Assembly (NCBI GenBank): GCA_964244895.1
Contig: CAXTKV010000064.1
Span: 1-23,486, forward strand
Direction of reading: 5' to 3'
Origin: an uncultured Deinococcales bacterium
Lineage (GTDB): Bacteria > Deinococcota > Deinococci > Deinococcales > JAAFIG01
DNA: 23,486 nt
The notes below the pieces were generated by a model. It saw only the letters and a list, made by a program, of their open reading frames with translations, had not been told where the DNA came from and made no database searches. Below are positions 1 to 8,484 of this stretch, piece by piece. The first letter of the stretch is position 1; every line of letters starts with the position of its first letter. Position numbers and translations under genes: made by a program.

Positions 1-848
1 GAACCGCCACCGATCAAACCGGCGTCCGACACGCCGAAATGCGGGTTCCTGAACGGCGCGACCGTCATCAGGCCGCGCGGCATTTTCCCGGCGGCGGAAT
101 GCACGCGGGTCACCTCGAGCGCCTCGGTTCTGGAAAGCGGCGGGCGCAATCCGACCGCGCGCCGCGCCAGCATGGTCTTGCCCGATCCGGGCGGCCCGAT
201 CAGCAACAGATTGTGGTGGCCCGCGACCGAGATTTCCAGCGCGCGCTTGCCCTGCGCCTGACCCTTGATGTCGGCCAGATCCAGGAGCGTGTCCGGGTCT
301 GGCTCGAGCGACACGGGCTGGGCGGGCTCGAGCGGTGTGCGCCCCGTCAGGTGCGCCACCAGCGCGTTCAGATCGGGCGGACAGAAGACGCGTAGGCCGT
401 CGATCACGGTGGCTTCTGGTGCGTTTTCCGGCGGCAGGATCACGGATTTGAAACCGTGCTCCAGGGCGGCCAGCGCGATGTTGACGGCGCTCTGGATGGG
501 CCGCAAAGACCCGTCCAGCGCCAGTTCTCCGGCGCACAGCAAGCCTTCCAGGGATTCCATCGGCACGATGCCCTGCGTGGCCAGCACGCCCAGCGCGATC
601 GGCAAATCGAAGCTCGAGCCTTCCTTGCGCACGTCTGCGGGCGCGAGGTTGGCGGTGATCCGTGAGGGCGGAAAGAAATGCCCACTGTTGCGGATCGCGG
701 CCCGCACGCGCTCGCGGGCTTCCTGGACGGCGGTATCGGCCAGCCCGACGACCGTGAACATCGGCAGGCCGCCCGTCACGTCCACCTCGACTTCGACGAG
801 CCGTGCGTCCACCCCGATGACTGTCGCTGCGAAGACCTTGGCTAGCAC
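1..848 (-). CDS. comM: YifB/ComM family Mg-chelatase-like AAA+ ATPase, 5' part (runs off the window edge)
   Basis: Manual translation from GTG at 848 gives [56 protein letters not shown]...[24 protein letters not shown], the typical YifB/ComM N-terminus. Later motifs include [12 protein letters not shown] (Walker A) and PFRNPH. TATACT lies 7 nt upstream. Absent from the ORF track because it has no stop in the window. Confidence 0.93.
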   Translation of the reverse strand, partial: MLAKVFAATVIGVDARLVEVEVDVTGGLPMFTVVGLADTAVQEARERVRAAIRNSGHFFPPSRITANLAPADVRKEGSSFDLPIALGVLATQGIVPMESLEGLLCAGELALDGSLRPIQSAVNIALAALEHGFKSVILPPENAPEATVIDGLRVFCPPDLNALVAHLTGRTPLEPAQPVSLEPDPDTLLDLADIKGQAQGKRALEISVAGHHNLLLIGPPGSGKTMLARRAVGLRPPLSRTEALEVTRVHSAAGKMPRGLMTVAPFRNPHFGVSDAGLIGGG

Positions 849-855
849 GCGCTCG

Positions 856-861
856 AGTATA
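856..861 (-). promoter_or_regulatory. -10 box (TATACT) of a probably leaderless comM transcript
   Basis: Minus strand reads TATACT-cgagcgc-GTG (7 nt spacing). Confidence 0.6.
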
Positions 862-944
862 GGGGCGGGTTTTCGCGGGTCGTGGTCAGGCGCGGCAGGA
901 TGGCATCAGCGGATGCGTCCGAAAGAGCTTCGGCGCGTGTCTAA

Positions 945-1010
945 CTCGAGAAACACCGTCCAGTACGGTGTTTCTCGAGTGGAGGTTTTTGCGTCCCGCA
1001 CGGTGTTCGA
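945..1010. repeat. REP-like palindromic repeat family A, locus 1
   Basis: Perfect 15-bp stem CTCGAGAAACACCGT-ccagt-ACGGTGTTTCTCGAG (945-979), then TTTGCGTCCCGCACGGTGTTC. Confidence 0.8.
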
Positions 1011-1302
1011 GGAAAGTATCGCTTCGTCTCGAATAAGGGGTAACGCAAAGCCCTCTCCTGTTGACAGGGAGGACAAGATCAACGACGCTCGAGGGTCGCG
1101 CCACGGAATGACCACCTTGCCCATCGAGCACCGCAGCGTGTCGCCAGGGCAATGCCCCGCCAGGGGAGGGAGTTAGGCGGGGCACTGCCGAGGAGGATGG
1201 GGACCGGGTCTCGCCTCCCGGTGATTGAAAGATAATTGGGGCAGCCGTGGACTGGCTGAAACGAAACTGAGTCCCGGCTGAGTCCGTTTCGATGGCTGGC
1301 GT

Positions 1303-1357
1303 AACACCGTCCAGCACGGCATTTAACGGCACTTATTTCTCGTGTCCAGGACGGTGA
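1303..1357. repeat. REP-like family A, locus 2 (overlaps merR 3' end)
   Basis: AACACCGTCCAGCACGG ... GTGTCCAGGACGGTG. Confidence 0.7.
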
Positions 1358-1725
1358 TCGCTGGAATGCTGACCCACTTTTCGATAGTGCGCGATCTTGC
1401 CCTCGACGTGCGCCAGGTTGCCTTGCAACGCGCCGATGTGCGCCAGCACGTCCTGGCGGTGAGATTCGAGCAGGCGGATGCGTTCGGGGATGTTGGATTC
1501 GTCCTGACGAACCAGCGCAGCGAACTCGCGCAGGCGGCGGATCGGCATTCCGGTCTCTCGCAGGCAGGTCAGAATCCGAACCCATCCCAGGTCATCCTGG
1601 CTGTAGCGGCGGTGGTTGCTGGTGGTGCGTGTCGTCTCGAGCAAGCCTTCGCGTTCGTAGTAGCGCAGCGTGTCGATGCTGACGCCGATTTCGGCGGCGG
1701 CCTGGCCGACGGTCAGGGTGTTCAT
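1333..1725 (-). CDS. MerR family transcriptional regulator
   Basis: MNTLTVGQAAAEIGVSIDTLRYYEREGLL...RTTSNHRRY MerR HTH, CLRETGMPI, C-terminal coiled coil; divergent from an oxidoreductase. Confidence 0.93.
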   Translation of the reverse strand: MNTLTVGQAAAEIGVSIDTLRYYEREGLLETTRTTSNHRRYSQDDLGWVRILTCLRETGMPIRRLREFAALVRQDESNIPERIRLLESHRQDVLAHIGALQGNLAHVEGKIAHYRKVGQHSSDHRPGHEK

Positions 1726-1731
1726 GCGAAC

Positions 1732-1762
1732 AGCCTAAAACCTGGAGTGCGCTTCAGGTCAA
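1732..1762 (-). promoter_or_regulatory. MerR-type promoter/operator for merR
   Basis: Minus strand: TTGACC, 19-nt spacer, TAGGCT, 6 nt, ATG. Dyad ACCTG-N10-CAGGT at 1740-1759. Confidence 0.75.
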
Positions 1763-1785
1763 GGATGCTCAACACGGTTCGGGGC

Positions 1786-1816
1786 TTGACCTCGAGCGCG
1801 CACGAGGTTCTAGGCT
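1786..1816 (+). promoter_or_regulatory. MerR-type promoter/operator for the aldo-keto reductase gene
   Basis: TTGACC (1786-1791), 19-nt spacer, TAGGCT (1811-1816), 6 nt, GTG. Dyad ACCTCG-N8-CGAGGT at 1789-1808. A 19-bp spacer with a dyad is the hallmark of MerR-activated promoters. Confidence 0.8.
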
Positions 1817-1822
1817 TGGGGG

Positions 1823-2794
1823 GTGAACAGAATCCTGGGACGAAGCGGTATAGAGGTCAGCGCGCTCGGCATGGGTTGCTGGGCCATCGGCGGGCCGTGG
1901 AAGTTCGACACGAACGAAGCGGGCTGGGGAACGGTAGACGACCGCGAATCCGTGCGCGCCATCCGGGCGGCCATCGGTTTGGGCGTGAATTTTTTCGATA
2001 CCGCCGCCAATTACGGCGCGGGGCACAGCGAACGCGTGCTGGGCGAAGCCATCGGCGCGGACAGAGCCAGGATCGTGATCGCCACGAAGTTCGGTTACGG
2101 CGTGCGGGAAGACGAAAAGCGCGTCAGCGGCGTGGACGCGAGCCCGCAGGCCATCCGCCGATCCTGCGAGGACAGCTTGCGCCGTCTGGGAACGGACTAC
2201 ATCGACCTGTTTCAGTTTCACGTCGGGGATTTCCCGGTGGATCGAGCCGGGAGCGTTCGCGACGCGCTCGAGGCGCTGGTCACGGAAGGCAAGATTCGCG
2301 CCTACGGCTGGAGCACCGACGATCCCGAGCGGGCGCGGGTCTTCGCGGCGGGCGAACACTGCGCCAGCGTCCAGCACCAGTTGAACGTCTTCGAGCGCAA
2401 CCCCGAGATGCTGGCGTTGTGCGCCGCCGAAAACCTGGCGAGCATCGACCGTGGGCCGCTGGCGATGGGTTTGCTGACAGGCAAGTACGCGGCTGGCGCA
2501 AATTTTGAGGCGACCGATGTTCGTTTCACCAGCCCCGCCTGGATGGCGTACTTCAAGGATGGACAACCCAACCCGGACTGGCTGGCGCGGCTCGAGGCGA
2601 TCCGGGACGTGCTGACTTCCGGCGGTCGGACGCTGGCGCAGGGCGCGCTGGCGTGGCTCTGGGCGATCAGTCCCGCGACCGTGCCGATTCCGGGTTTCCG
2701 CACGGTGGCTCAGGTCGAGCAGAACGCGAAAGCCCTCGAGTTCGGGGCTTTGAGCGCCGATCAGCTCGCGCAGATCGACACGATTCTGGGCTGA
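1823..2794 (+). CDS. Aldo/keto reductase
   Basis: LGRSGIEVSALGMGCWAIGG; catalytic D/Y/K/H in FFDTAANYG, IATKFG and DLFQFH; PIPGFRT NADPH-binding segment. Confidence 0.95.
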   Translation: MNRILGRSGIEVSALGMGCWAIGGPWKFDTNEAGWGTVDDRESVRAIRAAIGLGVNFFDTAANYGAGHSERVLGEAIGADRARIVIATKFGYGVREDEKRVSGVDASPQAIRRSCEDSLRRLGTDYIDLFQFHVGDFPVDRAGSVRDALEALVTEGKIRAYGWSTDDPERARVFAAGEHCASVQHQLNVFERNPEMLALCAAENLASIDRGPLAMGLLTGKYAAGANFEATDVRFTSPAWMAYFKDGQPNPDWLARLEAIRDVLTSGGRTLAQGALAWLWAISPATVPIPGFRTVAQVEQNAKALEFGALSADQLAQIDTILG

Positions 2795-2805
2795 AGGTCG
2801 TTTAC

Positions 2806-2869
2806 TCGAGGAGCACCGTCCAGCACGGTGTTCCTCGAAATTCATTTTTTGCGTCTAAGACGGTGTTTC
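2806..2869. repeat. REP-like family A, locus 3 (between convergent genes; supplies the GNAT stop codon)
   Basis: TCGAGGAGCACCGTCCAGCACGGTGTTCCTCGA hairpin followed by TTTGCGTCTAAGACGGTGTTTC. Confidence 0.8.
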
Positions 2870-3436
2870 TTGCGCGCGCAGTTGCTCCCAGCCGCGCCGA
2901 TCGATCGCGTAATGCGCGTAGCGTTGCCCGCTGCCCTGCTCGACCACGCGTTGCAGCACGAAACCGACTTTTTCAAAAGCGCGCCGGGCGCGGCGGTTGT
3001 ACTCGAGCGTCTCCAGGCGGATGCGCTCCAGGTTCAGATCGTTGAAGGCGTACTCGAGCGCGGCGCGCAGGGCCGCCGTGCCGTAGCCCTGACCCCAGTA
3101 GTTTTTCTCACCGATGACGATCCCGAGCGTGCCCTCGGTCGGCTGGCGCGGCCTGATCGGTCGGAGCTCGTAGAATTCCACGCTGCCGATGAACTCGGCG
3201 TCCGTGGTGTAAATCCCCATGCCGACGCGTTCACCGCCTCGTTCCTCTCCGGTCACGACGCGTTTGAACAACCACAACGGCATCCTGATCGGGTGCGAAC
3301 CGTTCCACTCCGCGATCTCTCGGTCGCGGAAGTACGAGTGGAACCGACCCCATTCCCGCTGGGTCATGTCCAGGAGGGGTTTCAGGATCACCTGCCCCGC
3401 AGACGGCGAGGTCGGGCTCGGAGGCCGCATTGCCAC
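2855..3436 (-). CDS. GNAT family N-acetyltransferase (RimJ/RimL-like)
   Basis: LGIVIGEKNYWGQGYGTAAL acetyl-CoA motif, NRRARRAFEKVGF; TACAAT 6 nt upstream of GTG. Confidence 0.92.
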   Translation of the reverse strand: MAMRPPSPTSPSAGQVILKPLLDMTQREWGRFHSYFRDREIAEWNGSHPIRMPLWLFKRVVTGEERGGERVGMGIYTTDAEFIGSVEFYELRPIRPRQPTEGTLGIVIGEKNYWGQGYGTAALRAALEYAFNDLNLERIRLETLEYNRRARRAFEKVGFVLQRVVEQGSGQRYAHYAIDRRGWEQLRAQETPS

Positions 3437-3545
3437 GCATCCATTGTAGCTCGAGCGCAGAAGTGTGCAGTACGTCGGGTCACTGGGTGGGTGAGTGGTC
3501 AGAAGTCAGGAGAAACCACGATCCTGTGGAGGGTGATCGCAGGGA

Positions 3546-3600
3546 TACCGTCCAGGACAATCTTCTCCAGAAACGCGAATCTGTGTGCTGGACGGTGTTG
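3546..3600. repeat. REP-like family A, locus 4 (degenerate)
   Basis: TACCGTCCAGGAC ... GTGCTGGACGGTGTT. Confidence 0.65.
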
Positions 3601-3888
3601 CTCGAGCTTTCGCTGCTCGAGCCCGAGACGGCCCGCATCGGCGTATCGCCAGGAAAGCGTTGGATTCCGATACGCCGAACGTCCTCGATCTGGTCGTCAC
3701 CCTGAGCCCACGAGTCGTCTTTCGCCGTCGCTCGAGCGCGTACAGCTCGCACCGGGCCTTCGTTTCGTCTGCCCAACCGCGAAGAAGTCCGCGGTCGCTG
3801 GGACGCCCTCGGAATGACGGGAAGAGTGCTCTCGAGCGATAAGCGCTTTCGTGACAGCGCCGCTCATGCTTCCGCGCTAGGCTGCGCT

Positions 3889-4530
3889 GTGACCCGATTC
3901 CAACCCAGAGAACCCGTCAACGCGATCACGCACGGCCTCGGCGTTCCGATGGCGGTCATTTTCACGGCCTTGATGGTCGCGTTCGCGGTGCGATCCGGCG
4001 TGGTCTGGTGGCCGTTCGCGATCTTCGGCGCGAGCATGACGCTGGTGTACACGGCCAGCAGCCTGTACCACGGTCTGAACGTCACGGCGCGCACCCTGGA
4101 AGGCTTGCGGCGTTTCGATCACGGCGCCATTTTCGTGATGATCGCGGGCACGTTCACGCCGGTGGCCTGGGCCGGACTGCCCGACCCGTTGCGCACGATC
4201 ATGCTGGTCGTGGTGTGGGGCTACGCGCTGGTCGGAGTGCTGCTGAAAAGCTTCGTCCACCTGCCCGAATGGTTGTCCATCACGTTGTACGTGCTGATGG
4301 GCTGGTTCGCGGCTCCGCTGCTGCCGCAGTTCCTGGCCAGCTTGCCTGCGCCCGCAATCGCTGCGCTGGTGGTCGGCGGCGTGTCGTACACGATCGGGGT
4401 GGTGTTTTACGCGTCCAGACGCAAGCGCGCGTGGTTGTGGGGTTTCGGCCCGCACGAGGTCTGGCATTTGTTCGTGTTGGGCGGCAGCATCTCGCACTTC
4501 GTGATGGTCTTGAAATTGCTGTCCGTCTGA
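3889..4530 (+). CDS. Hemolysin III / PAQR family membrane protein (TrhA/YqfA-like)
   Basis: EPVNAITHG, SSLYH, RRFDHGAIFVMIAGTFTP and HEVWHLFVLGG motifs with about 7 TM helices. Start moved to the in-frame GTG at 3889, which has TAGGCT 5 nt upstream; the ORF-track start at 3814 adds a non-conserved-looking extension. Confidence 0.92.
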   Translation: MTRFQPREPVNAITHGLGVPMAVIFTALMVAFAVRSGVVWWPFAIFGASMTLVYTASSLYHGLNVTARTLEGLRRFDHGAIFVMIAGTFTPVAWAGLPDPLRTIMLVVVWGYALVGVLLKSFVHLPEWLSITLYVLMGWFAAPLLPQFLASLPAPAIAALVVGGVSYTIGVVFYASRRKRAWLWGFGPHEVWHLFVLGGSISHFVMVLKLLSV

Positions 4531-4578
4531 GAACACCGTCCAGCACGCGTCCCTAAAATTGCGTCCCAGACGGCGTTC
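4531..4578. repeat. REP-like family A, locus 5
   Basis: GAACACCGTCCAGCACGCG-tccctaaaa-TTGCGTCCCAGACGGCGTTC inverted pair directly after the stop codon. Confidence 0.8.
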
Positions 4579-4737
4579 CCGATTCGAAGCGCGCTTCTCG
4601 AGCATCGGGCTGGTCGAGCACGAATACCGCCCGAATCGGTGATGTGACGGTCCTCGAGACCGCGCTGAAACGGTCTGAGCGCTGCATTGCTGCGCGCTGC
4701 ACGAGCCGTAGGATGCTCGCGTTCAGAAGGAGCAACC

Positions 4738-5238
4738 ATGCGAATCTTTTACGCGGCCATCACCGGTTTTTTGCTCCTGAGCGCCCAAGCCGCCAGCCCG
4801 AACGCGTTCGATGGCTTCGTGGGCGAGTGGGTCGGAACCCTGGAATACCAGGATTACGGCGGCAACGGACGCGTCAAGATTCCCGTCAAGCTCGAGGTCA
4901 AAGCCGCGCAGCCCAACCAGGCCACCTGGGATTTCGTGTACGACGATTTTGGGCGGAACGTCAATAGCTTTGAAACGCACACCTGGAACAGGGGCACGTA
5001 CCGGGTCAGCACCAGAGGTCAAAAAGACGTGCAGACCTACACCAGCGCCGACTTTGCACAATTGATCGAATCGGGCTCAGGCAAGGCCGTGCTGATCGGG
5101 CGGGAACTCGAGGTCGGTCGAACCGTTGAGGTGCGCCGCACGATCACGCTGGAAGCCTCAAAGTTGACGACGCTCAAGGAAACCCGCCCCAAAGGTGGCG
5201 CGTTCGCCTTCCGCAACCAGAGCACGTACACCCGTTGA
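4738..5238 (+). CDS. Secreted hypothetical protein (signal peptide, beta-rich)
   Basis: AAGGAG RBS before ATG at 4738; MRIFYAAITGFLLLSAQA signal peptide; GEWVGTLEYQDY; host-like codon usage. Confidence 0.8.
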   Translation: MRIFYAAITGFLLLSAQAASPNAFDGFVGEWVGTLEYQDYGGNGRVKIPVKLEVKAAQPNQATWDFVYDDFGRNVNSFETHTWNRGTYRVSTRGQKDVQTYTSADFAQLIESGSGKAVLIGRELEVGRTVEVRRTITLEASKLTTLKETRPKGGAFAFRNQSTYTR

Positions 5239-5275
5239 GGTGACGGACGAGAAATCCGTTCTCATCGGTGAACCT

Positions 5276-5338
5276 CAGCCCGCGCGAGGGAAACCACGGG
5301 GGCTACGGCTTTCGTAGGGACGGGTCTTCGACCCGCCC
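5276..5338. repeat. Back-to-back GTAG-type REP doublet
   Basis: GTAG-GGACGGGTC-ttc-GACCCGCCC (5314-5338) and, on the minus strand, GTAGCCC...GGGCTG (5276-5306). Confidence 0.55.
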
Positions 5339-5401
5339 TTCCCTCCAAACGGATTTCCCCTCGAGCAACGCGATCAGGACGGCGCTCCCTGAACCCCAAC
5401 G

Positions 5402-5428
5402 AAAAACCCCGCCGTCAATGGCGGGGTT
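5402..5428 (-). terminator. Rho-independent terminator after the MFS gene
   Basis: Minus strand: AACCCCGCC-attgac-GGCGGGG followed by TTTTT, about 17 nt after the stop codon. Confidence 0.8.
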
Positions 5429-5444
5429 CTCGAAAAATTCCGGG

Positions 5445-7577
5445 TTACTCGGCGGGCGGTGCGAAGCTGTTCGTCTTGCGCAGCGGCAATTCCGGGATAA
5501 AGGCCGTGATCAAGAAGGCCAGCAGCGCGATCAGCACGCCGATGCGGTAGACCTGAGAGATGGCGATCGTGAAAGCTTCCTTGATGGCCGTACCGACCTT
5601 GTCAATCGCGTCTGAAGCGCTCTGAAGGGTGGACGCTTTGGCGGTGTCGAGCGCCTTGCTCGCGCCATCGAGCGCAGCCTGGGTGGCCTGGCTGGCCGCG
5701 CTCGCTTCGGCGGCGTCCATGCCGGATTTGATCTGCGCCAGAATTCCGGCGCGGGCTTGAGGATTGGCGAGCGCCTGGGGCGGAATCTTCTGGAGGTTCG
5801 CCTTGAGCGCGGCGGGCAGTTGCGGGTTGGCCAAGAGCGCCTGAAAGGCTTGCGGGTTACCGGAGTTGATCACGCCGGAGATCGCCCTGTACTGCGCCGC
5901 GAATCCCGCCTTGACGGACGCCGCGATGCCGCCGCCCTGGAGCGCCACCTTGAGCTGATCGGGCGTCTGCGGGCTCTCGAGCAGCGTCTTGATGGCCGCC
6001 GGGTCGTTGTCACGGATGGCGGCGGTCAGGGTAGCTTTCTGGTCGTCGAAGGCTTTGGAGATGTTGGCCGTGGCGGTCGCCTTGATCTTGGTGGCGTCGA
6101 AGTTTCGGGCGGAGCTGCCCTCGCTGCCACCCGAGGCGCTGAACTGGTCGCGCATGGCGGCGGGCAGCGAAGCGGTGGCTGCGGCGATGCGCGGTTTGGT
6201 TTCGTTGGCGAGGGTCGTGGCGAAAACCGTGCCTAGGATCGCCACGCCGATGGTGCTGCCCATCTGACGGAAGAACGTGGCGGACGACGTGGCCACGCCG
6301 ATGCTCTGGGGTGGCACGGCGTTCTGAATCGCCAGCGTGTACAACGGGATGCTCGGCCCCAAACCGATACCGACCAGGATCATCTTGAGGGTGACCTCGA
6401 GCTGCGTGCTGGTCGGGGTCAGCGTGAAGCCCATGACCACGAACGCGACCATCAACAGCACCAAAGCGATCAGCATCAGGGGTTTATACCGCCCAATGCG
6501 GCTGACCAGTTGTCCGGAAACGATGTTGCCCGCGACGATCCCGAAGGTCAAGGGCATGATCGTCAAGCCAGAATTGGTGGCGGACAATCCGACCACGATC
6601 ACCATGAACAAGGGCAAGAACACGATGCCCGCCAGGAAGCCTGCGCCGAGCACGAAAGCGGCCAGGTTACCGATGGCGAAGGTGCGGATGTTGAAGAGCT
6701 TCAGATCCAGGATCGGATCCTTGACGCGCTGTTCGGTGATCAGGAACGCGATCAAACCGACCAGCGACACGGCGAACATGCCCAGAATCTGCCACGAACC
6801 CCACAGGAAGCCCGTCTCGCCGGGAGTGATGGTGGTCTTGCCGAGCGACAACGCCAACAGGAGCGGCACGACCGTGATCAGCAGCAGGAACGCGCCCAGG
6901 AAATCGATCGTGGGTTTGCTCTGCGAGAGTTGCAACTTCGGCATTTTCGAGATGATGAACGCCAGTGCGATTGCGCCGATGGGCAAGTTGACGTAAAAGA
7001 CCCAGTGCCACGAGAAGTTATCCGTCAGGAAGCCGCCCGCCAACGGCCCGATCACGGATGACAACCCGAAGACCGCGCCGAACAATCCCGTGTAGCGTCC
7101 GCGCACGGCGGGCGGGAAGATGTCGGAAATGATCGCGAAAGCGCTGGTGAACAAAGCCGCCGATCCCAGGCCCTGCACGGCGCGGGATGCGATGATCATC
7201 CACGGGGCGCTCGAGAGGCCGCACAGCACGGAGCCCGCCAGGAAAATGCCGATGCCGATCAGCAGGATCGGTTTGCGTCCGTAAATGTCGGACAGCTTGC
7301 CGTAGATCGGTACCATCATCGTGCTGGTCACCAGGTAGGCGGTCGTGATCCAGGTGTAGAGGGACTGCTCGATGTTCAGGTCTTTTTGAATGGCCGGGCC
7401 TGCGGTGGCCACGATGGTTTGATCCAGAGCAGCCAGCAGCAAGCCCAAGAGCGCACCGATGAGCGTGAAGGTTTTTTCCTGCTGGGTCAATTCTGGAATG
7501 GCGGGCATACTGAAGGCGGGCGGGCCTCCTGCTCCGGCGGTTGCGGCGTTGGTTTCCCCTCTGGTCGGTGATGCCAT
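5445..7577 (-). CDS. MFS drug:H+ antiporter, DHA2 (14-TM, EmrB/QacA-like), with a large inserted domain
   Basis: LLAALDQTIVATA, GKLSDIYGRK, RAVQGLG, GPLAGGFLTDNFSWHWVFYVNLPIG and FFRQMGSTIG. GGAGG RBS before ATG at 7577, immediately downstream of marR. Confidence 0.95.
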   Translation of the reverse strand: MASPTRGETNAATAGAGGPPAFSMPAIPELTQQEKTFTLIGALLGLLLAALDQTIVATAGPAIQKDLNIEQSLYTWITTAYLVTSTMMVPIYGKLSDIYGRKPILLIGIGIFLAGSVLCGLSSAPWMIIASRAVQGLGSAALFTSAFAIISDIFPPAVRGRYTGLFGAVFGLSSVIGPLAGGFLTDNFSWHWVFYVNLPIGAIALAFIISKMPKLQLSQSKPTIDFLGAFLLLITVVPLLLALSLGKTTITPGETGFLWGSWQILGMFAVSLVGLIAFLITEQRVKDPILDLKLFNIRTFAIGNLAAFVLGAGFLAGIVFLPLFMVIVVGLSATNSGLTIMPLTFGIVAGNIVSGQLVSRIGRYKPLMLIALVLLMVAFVVMGFTLTPTSTQLEVTLKMILVGIGLGPSIPLYTLAIQNAVPPQSIGVATSSATFFRQMGSTIGVAILGTVFATTLANETKPRIAAATASLPAAMRDQFSASGGSEGSSARNFDATKIKATATANISKAFDDQKATLTAAIRDNDPAAIKTLLESPQTPDQLKVALQGGGIAASVKAGFAAQYRAISGVINSGNPQAFQALLANPQLPAALKANLQKIPPQALANPQARAGILAQIKSGMDAAEASAASQATQAALDGASKALDTAKASTLQSASDAIDKVGTAIKEAFTIAISQVYRIGVLIALLAFLITAFIPELPLRKTNSFAPPAE

Positions 7578-7587
7578 GTGTTCCTCC

Positions 7588-8118
7588 CTATCTGCTCGGG
7601 GCGGCGTCAGAGCGTTCGACGCGGCTCGAACTGGTTGCGGTCTCGGTCTGGGTGGCGGCGGACATGTTGCGGTAAGCGCGGTCGAGAATCGAGGCGAAGG
7701 CCTCGAGCTGATCGTCTGGGACATCCTTGAAGCCGTGATCCAATAATTCAGCCATGGTGCTGCGGGCCTCTTCGAGGACGGCGGAACCGTTCGGGGTGAT
7801 CTGGAGCTTGACGCGTCTGGAGTCCTCCGCATCGAGGGCGCGCGTGATGAAGCCTCGCGTGGTCAGGTGCTCGATCATCCTCGAGACGCCGCTCGGGTGC
7901 ATGACCAGGCGCTCGCAGATGTGCGTCGGGTACTGGGTACCGGAATCGATGGCGTTCAGCACGATGAAGTTGCCGAAGTCGATGCCGTGTTCTCGTTCCA
8001 GGCGCGGGGCGATGTGTTGCTTCATGACCTGACCGAAGCTCCACCAGGCCGTCATCAGGCGCGCGACTGGCGTGTCGGTTTTGGGTGCGAAGGGTGAAGT
8101 GATGCCGGGGGGTTTCAT
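7588..8118 (-). CDS. MarR family transcriptional regulator
   Basis: VSRMIEHLTTRGFITRALDAEDSRRVKLQITPNG winged-HTH motif; operonic with the MFS gene. Confidence 0.92.
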   Translation of the reverse strand: MKPPGITSPFAPKTDTPVARLMTAWWSFGQVMKQHIAPRLEREHGIDFGNFIVLNAIDSGTQYPTHICERLVMHPSGVSRMIEHLTTRGFITRALDAEDSRRVKLQITPNGSAVLEEARSTMAELLDHGFKDVPDDQLEAFASILDRAYRNMSAATQTETATSSSRVERSDAAPSR

Positions 8119-8141
8119 ACCGCTGATGGTTTTACATCAAA

Positions 8142-8162
8142 ATAGTTGCAGGTTGCAAGTAT
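8142..8162. promoter_or_regulatory. Putative MarR operator
   Basis: Imperfect inverted repeat ATAGTTGCA-ggt-TGCAAGTAT in an AT-rich patch 24-44 nt upstream of marR. Confidence 0.55.
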
Positions 8163-8360
8163 CTAGGCCAACATGCCTAATTGGTCGGGGGTTAGAAGTC
8201 AGAGGTCCAAAGCAAGAATCGAACGGCGACTGCGCCGCATCTCGAGTCTGCACTCGGCGCGGTGAAGCTTGCACGGTCGCCGCGTGAACGGCACGTGAAA
8301 ACGCCCACCGAGTCGCGCTCGAGGGTGGGTGCATAAAAAGGGCTTCTCGAGAGGTGCACG

Positions 8361-8380
8361 AGAACACCGTCTGGGACGCG
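8361..8380. repeat. REP-like family A, locus 6 left half
   Basis: AGAACACCGTCTGGGACGCG. Confidence 0.7.
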
Positions 8381-8484
8381 AGATGATATTGGTAGGTCGT
8401 CTCGTTTCCTCAACACAATGATCTCGAGGTCAAAACGCGTATGGGACGGCAAAGCCACCTTGCAAACCCAACGAGACAGACTAT

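Noticed and set aside
265..1176. 303-aa plus-strand ORF (and 39-395)
   Set aside because: Antisense shadow of comM; Ser/Arg-rich with no motifs, and it runs through repeats.
1009..1300. RNase P RNA (GAGGAAAGT) or hammerhead (CTGA...GAAA) resemblance
   Set aside because: Only short partial matches; the GAGGAAAGTCC continuation, the 3' RNase P consensus and the CUGANGA core are absent.
906..1332. Minus-strand ORFs 906-1124 and 886-1332
   Set aside because: They are built partly from repeat sequence and have no clear RBS, promoter or family motif.
1342..2845. Long ORFs 1342-2508 (+) and 1769-2845 (-)
   Set aside because: Shadow or alternative frames of merR and the aldo-keto reductase, typical of high-GC DNA.
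7578..7832. 85-aa N-terminal extension of the MFS ORF
   Set aside because: Overlaps marR in another frame; a good RBS precedes ATG 7577.
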